The notes under the pieces were generated by a model that was given only the letters and a program-made list of their open reading frames with translations, had not been told where the DNA came from and searched no databases. The translations under genes were made by a program, and so were the position numbers. Shown here one piece after another: positions 56,598 to 64,000 of a stretch of DNA of 64,000 bases. The DNA is from Dehalococcoidia bacterium (GTDB taxonomy: Bacteria; Chloroflexota; Dehalococcoidia; Bin125). The DNA is taken from the NCBI GenBank assembly GCA_965215555.1, contig OZ244071.1, positions 2,517,647 to 2,581,646 of the forward strand. Reading direction: 5' to 3'. The number at the start of each line of letters is the position of its first letter. Position 1 is the stretch's first letter.

Positions 56598-57480
56598 GAC
56601 CACATCACCTGACCTCAATATCGAGGAACTGCCCAATCTCACCGACCCAGTCCTGATTCTGGCCTGGGAAGGCTGGAACGATGCCGGCGAGTCGGCCTCG
56701 ACCGCCGCCCAGTATCTGATTCAACAACTGGGCGCGAAGCCGTTTGCCACCATCGACCCAGAAGAATTCTACGACTTCACCGACGCGCGGCCCATGGCTC
56801 GTTACCAAAACGGTGAACGTTACATCGAATGGCCCGACACGCAGTTTGTTCACTTGCGCCCCTCATCGAGTGGACGCGACATCGTCGTCGGTATCGGCAT
56901 CGAGCCGCAGTATCGCTGGAAGCGTTACATGCTGGCCATGTCCGAACTCGTCGACGAGATAGGCGCCAAGCTGATTCTCTCGCTCGGCTCAGTCGCCGCC
57001 GGCACGGCGCACACACAGCCGGTTCATGTGCGAGGGTCGGCAAACAACTCCGAGCTCGCCCAGCGCTACAACATGCACCCATCGCGCTTCGAGGGACCCT
57101 CAGGCATGGTCGGCGTCTTCCACGACCACTGCCGACGCCGAGGCATCGCCGGAGTGTCGCTCTGGGCTTCAGTGCCGCACTACTTGCCGGGCATCACAAA
57201 CCCCGTTGGCGCGCAGGCGTTGTTGCGGGTCGTCAGTGACATGACCGGGCTGTCCTTCGACCTCGATCCACTCGAGCGCGGCATTCAACAGTTCCATTCA
57301 CAACTGGAAGAGGCGCTGCGAGACAACAATGAGCTGCGCGACTACGTCGCCCGACTTGAGGCGGCCAGCCCAGCGCCCCAGCAGCAACAACAACCGGAGG
57401 GCGAGCTACCCAGCGCTGATGCGCTCATCGCCGATCTGGAAGACTTCTTCCGACAAGGCGGCGACAGCGACAACAACTAG
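56596..57480 (+). CDS. PAC2 (proteasome assembly chaperone 2-like) family protein
   Basis: PVLILAWEGWNDAGESASTAAQYL N-terminal signature of bacterial PAC2 proteins. Confidence 0.7.
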   Translation: MTTSPDLNIEELPNLTDPVLILAWEGWNDAGESASTAAQYLIQQLGAKPFATIDPEEFYDFTDARPMARYQNGERYIEWPDTQFVHLRPSSSGRDIVVGIGIEPQYRWKRYMLAMSELVDEIGAKLILSLGSVAAGTAHTQPVHVRGSANNSELAQRYNMHPSRFEGPSGMVGVFHDHCRRRGIAGVSLWASVPHYLPGITNPVGAQALLRVVSDMTGLSFDLDPLERGIQQFHSQLEEALRDNNELRDYVARLEAASPAPQQQQQPEGELPSADALIADLEDFFRQGGDSDNN

Positions 57481-57578
57481 CTGCCAACGTGTCGCAGCGC
57501 CTCGCAGCGCCTCGCAGCGCCAGGTCGTAGAGTGAAGTTGCCGACCCAGGAGATATTCGGTTAGATGGGTGGAGCGCG

Positions 57579-58040
57579 ATGACAGATGTTGAACGAGTCA
57601 GTGACGACGATCTGCAACAGGCGTCCGAGAAGAATCTGAACAAGATGCGCAAGTTCGCGACCAACTTCGCGAACAAGAGCGGCTCCTACCTGCATCCACA
57701 GGAAGACATCACCGAGTTTTTGGTCATCGGACTGGCCAAGCACATCGACGACTACGGCCGTCCGCTCTGTCCCTGCAACTTCTACGAGGACAAGGCTGAA
57801 GAGGTCAAGGAATCCACCTGGATCTGTCCCTGCGAGGAAATGCAGCGTTGGAAGTACTGCCATTGACTGCTCTTCTGCGATGAGGAAGGTCTTCCCATCA
57901 CCGAGCACCTACCCAAAGATCACGAAGGCGTCCAGATCTACGGAATCCGCCCCGACCCCCATCCGGACAAGGGCCGAGCCCTCGGCCGCCTGGAAGAACA
58001 AAGCGGTCGCAAGATCGACAAACGCAAACGCCGCGACTAA
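57579..58040 (+). CDS. Ferredoxin:thioredoxin reductase catalytic-subunit-like protein with in-frame UGA at the third Cys of the CHC motif (candidate selenoprotein; alternatively a nonsense pseudogene)
   Basis: MRKFATNFANKSG...GRPLCPCNFYEDKAEEVKESTWICPCEEMQRWKYCH-TGA-LLFCDEEGLPITEH... aligns to FTRc CPC..CPC..CHC-LLF. 57 further in-frame codons (GC3 about 70%) run to TAA 58038-58040. Confidence 0.55.
57879..57899 (+). ncRNA. SECIS-like hairpin (GAUG-A-GGAA-GGUC-UUCC-CAUC) 12 nt downstream of the in-frame UGA
   Basis: 8-bp stem with one bulged A and a GGUC tetraloop. The GGUC loop and 5' bulge resemble E. coli fdhF bSECIS, offset by one codon. Confidence 0.3.
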
Positions 58041-58047
58041 CCCTACG

Positions 58048-58162
58048 CCCCGTCATTGCCGCGCTCCGACGCGGCAATCTCGCCGGAATCAGCGCTAACG
58101 CTTGCGGCTACGTGAGTTCTGGCTTCGGCGAGATACCCGCGGCATGCGCAGGTATGACGTTA
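58048..58162. repeat. REP-like element (attgccgcg-ctccga-cgcggcaat hairpin plus an inverted copy of the gtcatacc..gcgggtatctc module)
   Basis: 58128-58157 is the reverse complement (with about 2 mismatches) of 60155-60185. Confidence 0.5.
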
Positions 58163-58274
58163 TCTTGGCGCTGCTTCGCTACTCATGTGTGTGTGAAATC
58201 ATGGACTAGCCCGACCACTCCGATTGCCACTACGCTCACAACAGCAATTCAAGTGACCAACCACTGGACGACGC

Positions 58275-58577
58275 ATGGCCCGAACTTCGAATATCCATCG
58301 CGACCTCAAGCGCCGCGAAATGCACGCCAAGTACAAGGGCCGCCGCGAGGCGCTCAAGCAGCAGCTCAAAGAATCAAACAATCCGCGCGAGAAGCAGAAC
58401 ATCCAGTTCCAGCTCCAGGCATTACCGCGCAATAGCTCGCCCACGCGGATCAAGAATCGCTGCGCCGTGACCGGTCGCCCCCGCGCCTACATGCGCAAGT
58501 TCGGCCTCAGCCGCATTACCTTCCGCGAGATGGCCTCGCTCGGACTCCTGCCCGGCGTCCGCAAGAGCTCTTGGTAG
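58275..58577 (+). CDS. rpsN: 30S ribosomal protein S14, long non-zinc (C-) form, stand-alone copy
   Basis: [28 protein letters not shown]...[39 protein letters not shown]. Only one Cys, so not the Zn-ribbon type. Confidence 0.9.
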   Translation: MARTSNIHRDLKRREMHAKYKGRREALKQQLKESNNPREKQNIQFQLQALPRNSSPTRIKNRCAVTGRPRAYMRKFGLSRITFREMASLGLLPGVRKSSW

Positions 58578-58600
58578 GCATCTGACGAGGCGTTGATCCC

Positions 58601-58650
58601 ATTTATTCAAAAACTTGCAATAAATGTAACATTGGTAAATAATCTTTCTG
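58601..58650 (+). promoter_or_regulatory. AT-rich island with TTGCAA -35-like box and 11-bp palindrome AATGTAACATT; candidate promoter/operator for the iron-type ABC transporter
   Basis: 50-nt stretch of about 25% GC in a 68% GC genome, 55 nt upstream of the fbpA-like start. The palindrome lies in the spacer region. Confidence 0.35.
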
Positions 58651-58705
58651 GCGGCGAAGTAAGGCGCGGATCGTCTGCGCTCGTCGGGTTGGAAGTCTCA
58701 CACCA

Positions 58706-60016
58706 ATGTCTGGACACCTCCTCTCCCTGAATCGCTTGCAAGTCTTACGGGGCCTCGTTGTTCCCCTAGCGCTTGTCCTCGCCGCTGTAATCGCGCTAAG
58801 CGCCTGCGCCACCGACGACACCGAAACAACCGAAGCCGCCGATCGAGCGGCACAGGCCGCCGAGCGAGCCGCCGACGCCGCGCAACGAGCGGCCGCCGCT
58901 GCCGAAGACTCGGGGCAGAGCGGTTCGCAGGCCGCCGATCGCGCTGCTGATGCAGCCACGGACGCTGCCCAGGCCGCCGGCGATGCCGCCGATGCTGCTT
59001 CCCAGGCCGCAGACCGAGCCGCTCAGGCCGCGCAGTCCGCATCGGCAGCCGCCAGCAGCACGGCACAGGACGAGCCGATGGAGGACGAGGATCCAGGCGA
59101 ACTCACCATCTACTCCGGTCGTGGCGAATCGCTCGTCGGCCCGATCATCGAGCGCTTCGAGGATCTGACCGGCATCAACGTCCGCGTTCGCTACGCCGGC
59201 ACCGCAGAACTGGCTGTGGCGATTCTCGAAGAGGGCGACCGGTCCCCAGCCGACATCTACTACGCACAAGACGCCGGTGCGCTCGCGGCACTCGCCGAGA
59301 ACGGCGCGCTGACCCAGCTCCCCGACGACATCGTCAGCAGCGTGGCAGCAGAGTTCGCCGACGCTTCCGGTCGCTGGGTCGCCACCTCAGGCCGAGCGCG
59401 AGTCCTGATCATCTCCCCCGACCGTGTACCGAACCCGCCGACGTCCGTCTTCGATCTTGTCGACCCTGAATGGCGTGGACGAGTCGGTTGGGCGCCGACC
59501 AATGGCAGCTTCCAGGCGTTCGTCACCGCTATGCGTCAGATTCACGGCGATGAAGCGACCGAAGAGTGGCTGCGCGGCATGATCGACAACGATGTCAGGG
59601 TCTATCCCAAGAACTCGCCCCAGGTCCAGGCGGTCCACGATGGCGAACTCGACATCGGACTGGTCAACCACTACTACCTGATTCGCCAGACGTCCGTCAA
59701 TTCCGACTGGCACGGCGTCAACCACTTCACCGATCCGGGCGAGGCGGGCGCGCTGATCAACATCGCCGGTGTCGCATTGCTCAACGCGTCCGACAACGAC
59801 GACAACGCGCTGCGCTTCGTTCGCTTCCTGCTCAGCGAGGAAGGTCAGACCTACTTCCGCGAGGAGACATTCGAATACCCGGTCGCGGCTGGCGTCGAGG
59901 CCTGGCCAACCCTGGTTCCACTGGATGAGCTCAACCCGCCGTCGCTGGCATTGACATCGCTCTCCGACCTCGAGGGCACGATCGCGCTGCTGGAAGAAGT
60001 CGGCGCGCTGCCCTAA
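58706..60016 (+). CDS. Iron(III)-type ABC transporter substrate-binding lipoprotein (FbpA/AfuA-like) with long Ala/Asp/Gln-rich linker
   Basis: Lipobox ALSACATDD. Roughly 90 aa of AADRAAQAAER... low complexity. LTIYSGRGESLVGPIIERFEDLTGINV...YYAQDAG SBP_bac_1 body. Confidence 0.75.
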   Translation: MSGHLLSLNRLQVLRGLVVPLALVLAAVIALSACATDDTETTEAADRAAQAAERAADAAQRAAAAAEDSGQSGSQAADRAADAATDAAQAAGDAADAASQAADRAAQAAQSASAAASSTAQDEPMEDEDPGELTIYSGRGESLVGPIIERFEDLTGINVRVRYAGTAELAVAILEEGDRSPADIYYAQDAGALAALAENGALTQLPDDIVSSVAAEFADASGRWVATSGRARVLIISPDRVPNPPTSVFDLVDPEWRGRVGWAPTNGSFQAFVTAMRQIHGDEATEEWLRGMIDNDVRVYPKNSPQVQAVHDGELDIGLVNHYYLIRQTSVNSDWHGVNHFTDPGEAGALINIAGVALLNASDNDDNALRFVRFLLSEEGQTYFREETFEYPVAAGVEAWPTLVPLDELNPPSLALTSLSDLEGTIALLEEVGALP

Positions 60017-60051
60017 GGCGTGTTCACATGGGGCCGCTCAGCCCAGGAGGT

Positions 60052-60250
60052 CCCGTCATACGCACTGAGATATCCGTCATACCCGCGCCAACAAGAGATT
60101 GTCATACACGCCCCAGCAAGCGATCGTCATACCCGCGCCAACAAGAGATCGTCATACCCGCGCTTGCCGCGGGTATCTCGCTGTATTCAGCACAACTGTC
60201 TGTGCAAGACTCGACGAGATTGCCGCGACAAGCGCGGCAATGACGGAATT
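60052..60250. repeat. Tandem array of about 25-bp units (gtcatacccgcgccaacaagagatc x4) ending in hairpins cccgcg-cttgc-cgcggg and attgccgcg-acaag-cgcggcaat, then the aatgacgg terminus
   Basis: Direct reading. Related modules occur at 58048-58162, 38608-38667 and 22959-23012. Confidence 0.6.
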
Positions 60251-60414
60251 CTGGTTAAGCGGATGGCTAGTGTGAACACGCACTAGCCGACTGCCGAAAG
60301 CTAGCCCCCACCCCACCCATCCAGAGCGTTCTGGAAGAGCACTGCCTCTCAGTAACACCAGAGCATGAAGGGACAGCACTCTTTCCCAGTGAAACACTCC
60401 GATAACCTCGCTCC

Positions 60415-62022
60415 ATGACCATCTTTGGCGGTACCGCCGAGCTCCCGGCTCGACTCCGCGTCAACATCCCCATCATTTGGATGCTCGCGTTGGCCGCAGC
60501 CGGCGCCGCCTGCATTCCCCTGGTCTATCTCATCATCCGCGCCGCCGAAGCCGACGCAGACGCATGGTCCAAGGTCGTCGCCGACAGCACATTACGACTG
60601 CTGCTGAACACCGCCGGGTTGGCGGCAGCCGTCACCGCCGCCTCCGCCGCGCTGGCGCTTCCAATGGCCTACCTCACCGAGCGCACCGACCTCCCCTTCG
60701 CCCGCGTCTGGCGAACCATCACCATCATGCCCCTGGCCATCCCCTCGTATGTGGGAGCATTCGCATTCATCATTGCCCTTGGCCCGTACGGTTCGCTGCA
60801 GGACCTGCTCGCACCGCTGGGCGTCGAGAATATTCCCAGCATCTACGGATTCGTCGGCGCCTGGCTGACCCTGACCCTGTTCACCTTCCCCTACCTGTTG
60901 TTGGTCGTCCGGGCCGGACTCCGCGACCTCGACCCGGCCATCGAGGAAGCGGCTCGCTCCCTCGGACAATCAGCCTGGGGTACATTCTGGCGCGTGACGG
61001 TACCGCAGCTCAGGGTTCCCATCGCCGGAGGATCTCTGCTGGTCGCGCTCTACGTCATATCCGACTTCGGCGCCGTCTCGATGATGCAGTTCGACACGTT
61101 CACCCGTGCAATCTACGTCCGCTTCGGATCGTCGTTCGACCGTTCCAGCGTGGCCGTCCTATCCCTCGTCCTGGTCGCGTTGGTCGCCCTGGTCCTGGCC
61201 ATCGACTGGTCCCAACGACGGAGCGCCAAATATCATCGATTGGGTACTGGCGCAGCGAGAACGCCAAGATTGGTCCCGTTGAGACGACTCCGTTGGCCGG
61301 CGTTGATCGGGCTATGCGCCGTCTCAGCCATCGCGCTGCTCGTCCCGATCGGCGTGCTGTTTCACTGGCTCTCGGTGGGCCTGCAAAACGGAGAGACATT
61401 CCCCGGTGTCTGGAGCGCAGCGCTCAACTCTGTCTACGCATCAGCACTGGCCGGCGCAGTGACGGTCGCGGTCTCGATTCCGATTGCCCTCGTCGTCGTC
61501 CGTCGACCTGGATTCCTCTCCCGGATCGTCGATCGAGCCGCCTACGTCGGCTACGCATTGCCAGGTGTGATCGTCGCATTCGCATTGATTTTCTTCACCT
61601 TGCGGGTCACACCGGGCCTCTACCAGACCATCGCCACGCTCGTTTTCGCCTATGCGGTGCTCTTTCTGCCGCAGGCGATTTCCGGTGTGCGCGCTTCAAT
61701 GGTCCGCGTGCAGCCAGGACTCGAGGAAGCGGCTCGTTCACTCAATCGCACTCCCTGGCAAACCTTCTACAGCATCACTCTGCCGCTCATCGCACCAGGC
61801 GTGCTGGCAGCGTTCGCCCTCGTCTTCCTGACGACCATGAAGGAGCTGCCCGCGACCCTGCTCCTCGCGCCGATCGAGTTCGACACCTTGGCGACTACCC
61901 TTTGGGGACACCAGGAAGACGTGTTCTTCGCCCGCGCCTCAGCCGCAGCATTGCTCCTGCTCGCCTGCGCCGCACTACCAATGATGATCCTGTTCGGACG
62001 CGACCGTGAACTCCGAGCCTAG
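60415..62022 (+). CDS. Iron(III) ABC transporter permease, fused two-domain (FbpB-like)
   Basis: 535 aa, two BPD_transp_1 halves each with an EAA loop (EEAARSLGQSAW / EEAARSLNRTPW). Confidence 0.85.
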   Translation: MTIFGGTAELPARLRVNIPIIWMLALAAAGAACIPLVYLIIRAAEADADAWSKVVADSTLRLLLNTAGLAAAVTAASAALALPMAYLTERTDLPFARVWRTITIMPLAIPSYVGAFAFIIALGPYGSLQDLLAPLGVENIPSIYGFVGAWLTLTLFTFPYLLLVVRAGLRDLDPAIEEAARSLGQSAWGTFWRVTVPQLRVPIAGGSLLVALYVISDFGAVSMMQFDTFTRAIYVRFGSSFDRSSVAVLSLVLVALVALVLAIDWSQRRSAKYHRLGTGAARTPRLVPLRRLRWPALIGLCAVSAIALLVPIGVLFHWLSVGLQNGETFPGVWSAALNSVYASALAGAVTVAVSIPIALVVVRRPGFLSRIVDRAAYVGYALPGVIVAFALIFFTLRVTPGLYQTIATLVFAYAVLFLPQAISGVRASMVRVQPGLEEAARSLNRTPWQTFYSITLPLIAPGVLAAFALVFLTTMKELPATLLLAPIEFDTLATTLWGHQEDVFFARASAAALLLLACAALPMMILFGRDRELRA

Positions 62023-63112
62023 CCAACCGGACACCACTCCCGCGCTAGTCGTGAGCGAGATCTCCAAGTCGTTCGACGGGACCGACGCCGTGAACGACGT
62101 CTCATTCGAGGTCGAACAGGGAGAGATTCTCGCCCTGCTTGGTCCCAGCGGCTGCGGCAAATCAACCACCCTGCGCGTCCTGGCCGGCTTCGAGCGTCCA
62201 AATCAGGGATTAGTCCAAATCAACGGCGAGACCGCAGTCGGTCCCGCTCTGTGGCGCTCACCCGAGCAGCGTCGGATCGGGATGGTCGCACAGGACTTCG
62301 CCCTGTTCCCTCACCTCAGCGTCGGCGAGAACATCGCCTTCGGCCTGCCCGATGGTCATCACGCCTGGTGGACCAGGCAGCTACGTCGACTTTCGCGGGC
62401 GGAAACACCGATTCGAGTCCGCCACATGCTTGAGCTGGTCGGACTCGACGGCTTCGCCGATCGCTATCCACACGAACTCTCCGGCGGCGAGGCGCAGCGA
62501 GTCGCGCTGGCCCGAGCGCTCGCCCCACAACCGGCCGCCGTCCTGCTCGACGAACCGTTCAGCAACCTCGACCAAAATCTCCGCGCCAATCTCCGACTCG
62601 CCATGCGCAACATCCTCAAACACGCCAATACCGCCGCAGTATTCGTCACCCACGACCGCGAGGAAGCCCTTTCCCTCGCCGACCGCGTCGCCGTCATGCG
62701 TAACGGCCGGATCGAGCAGATCGGCGCGCCCGATGACATCTACTACCGACCCGAAACCCGGTTCATCGGCACATTCGTCGGCGACGCCAACATCCTGCCC
62801 GGAGAACGGGTCCGCGGAGGCGCTGAGACTGAGCTAGGATTCGTCGTCGTGAACCCGGCGGAGGAGACGACGGGCAAGAGTATCGATGTGCTGCTGCGTC
62901 CCGAGCAAATCGCCCTCAGGCCATGCCGCTCCCCTGGGCCCGAATGTGCCAACGTCATCAGCAGCGAATATTACGGCCACGATCAAGTCGTTCGAGTGAG
63001 ATTGCAATCAGGCCAGGAAGTCGAAGCCAGACTCCGAACCGAAGTGGTCTGGCATCCCGACGATCCAGTCGACGTCATCGTCCTCGACGACGCCATCGCC
63101 TTCCCTCGCTAG
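62006..63112 (+). CDS. ABC transporter ATP-binding protein (FbpC/PotA-like) with C-terminal TOBE domain
   Basis: GPSGCGKST, LSGGEAQRVALARAL, LLDEP. Overlaps the permease by 17 nt. Confidence 0.85.
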   Translation: MNSEPSQPDTTPALVVSEISKSFDGTDAVNDVSFEVEQGEILALLGPSGCGKSTTLRVLAGFERPNQGLVQINGETAVGPALWRSPEQRRIGMVAQDFALFPHLSVGENIAFGLPDGHHAWWTRQLRRLSRAETPIRVRHMLELVGLDGFADRYPHELSGGEAQRVALARALAPQPAAVLLDEPFSNLDQNLRANLRLAMRNILKHANTAAVFVTHDREEALSLADRVAVMRNGRIEQIGAPDDIYYRPETRFIGTFVGDANILPGERVRGGAETELGFVVVNPAEETTGKSIDVLLRPEQIALRPCRSPGPECANVISSEYYGHDQVVRVRLQSGQEVEARLRTEVVWHPDDPVDVIVLDDAIAFPR

Positions 63113-63177
63113 CGCCGACTCCCCCTTACCATGCCAACACCGGCGCATCGCCGATGCGCGTGGCAGGAGTAGCACCA

Positions 63178-64000
63178 ATGCGCGTCGCCCTGATGGTCGA
63201 AGGACAGAACAATCTCACTTGGGAGCGATGGCGACACATTCTGCAACTCGCCGACCGGCTCGACTTCCCTTCCCTCTTCCGCAGCGACCACTACTTCACC
63301 GGACCGATCGAGACGAGCCAGCAGGACAGCCTCGAGTGCTTCCTCAGCTTCGTCATGGCCGCCGAGGAGACCTCCAACCTGCGCTTTGGACCAATGGTCA
63401 CACCGGTCACCTTTCGCCGCCCAGTCGACGTCGGGCGGATGGCAGCCCAGATTGACCACTTGTCGGGCGGCCGATTCGTCATGGGACTCGGAGCAGGCTG
63501 GAACAAACCCGAGCACGATGCCTACGGCCTCGATTTCCCTTCAACCCGCGAACGCTTCGACCGCCTCGAAGACGCAATCCTCATGATGCAGGCCCTCTGG
63601 AGCCCCGGACCGTCCAGCTACCACGGCGAGTACTACAAGCTCAACAATGCTGACTGCCTACCGATTCCCGACACAGGCCGCCCGCCAATCCTGATCGGCG
63701 GAGGTGGCGAGAAGCGCACGATTCCAATGGCCGCCAAGTACGCCAGCGAGTGGAATTGCGTCTCGCTCACTCCCGACGCTTACGGGCACAAGCGCGATGT
63801 CATGGCTCGCGCCTGCGACGCCATAGGTCGCGATCCCGACGAGATTGAACACTCAATGATGATGTTCCACGCTGTCGGCCCACCCGAGTTGGTCGAGGCC
63901 GGAGGCAGGTTCGCCCAAGGCATGTTCGGCCGACCCGGACAGCCGTTGGACGAATTTCTGACCGAGTTCAACGCAATGGGCAGACTCGTCGGCGGAGCCG
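63178..64000 (+). CDS. LLM-class F420-dependent oxidoreductase (fourth paralog), C-terminally truncated by the window end
   Basis: MRVALMVEGQNNLTWERWRHILQLADRLDFPSLFRSDHYF...GGRFVMGLGAGWNKPEHDAYG. AGGAG RBS. No stop before position 64000. Confidence 0.75.
   Translation, partial: MRVALMVEGQNNLTWERWRHILQLADRLDFPSLFRSDHYFTGPIETSQQDSLECFLSFVMAAEETSNLRFGPMVTPVTFRRPVDVGRMAAQIDHLSGGRFVMGLGAGWNKPEHDAYGLDFPSTRERFDRLEDAILMMQALWSPGPSSYHGEYYKLNNADCLPIPDTGRPPILIGGGGEKRTIPMAAKYASEWNCVSLTPDAYGHKRDVMARACDAIGRDPDEIEHSMMMFHAVGPPELVEAGGRFAQGMFGRPGQPLDEFLTEFNAMGRLVGGA

Overview
This is a high-GC (about 68%) bacterial chromosomal window, probably from an actinobacterial or Chloroflexi-like genome, densely packed with housekeeping and catabolic genes on both strands. 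Identified genes include groEL behind a CIRCE operator, pyruvate kinase, cysDN, a tungstate-type tupABC transporter, a MOSC protein, oligoribonuclease, Bcp peroxiredoxin, a stand-alone zinc-independent-type rpsN, a peptide-type and an iron(III)-type ABC transporter, a ZnuA/ZnuB-like metal transporter, a DUF1800/DUF1501 pair and a PAC2 protein. There is also a cluster of CoA-transferase family III genes (one single-domain, two tandem-domain), a carboxyltransferase, 2-hydroxyacid dehydrogenases, an HpcH aldolase, amidohydrolases and four LLM flavin oxidoreductases. No rRNA gene or CRISPR array was seen, and I could not find any tRNA gene by eye in the intergenic regions. The most interesting signal is a ferredoxin:thioredoxin-reductase-like gene (57579..58040) with an in-frame UGA exactly at the redox-active third Cys of the CHC motif, followed by 57 more in-frame codons and a SECIS-like hairpin with a GGUC loop, which makes it a candidate new selenoprotein. 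Other notable points: the ZnuA-like binding protein carries a roughly 400-aa insertion flanked by two His/Asp-rich tracts at the position of the usual His-rich loop. Three lower-GC insertions look horizontally acquired, one bounded by 70-bp direct repeats and one sitting next to a duplicated carboxyltransferase N-terminal fragment. Several families of palindromic REP/MITE-like intergenic repeats occur, and one has been tandemly amplified into the 3' end of pyk. Four lipoproteins have long Q/D/A-rich low-complexity linkers after the lipobox Cys.
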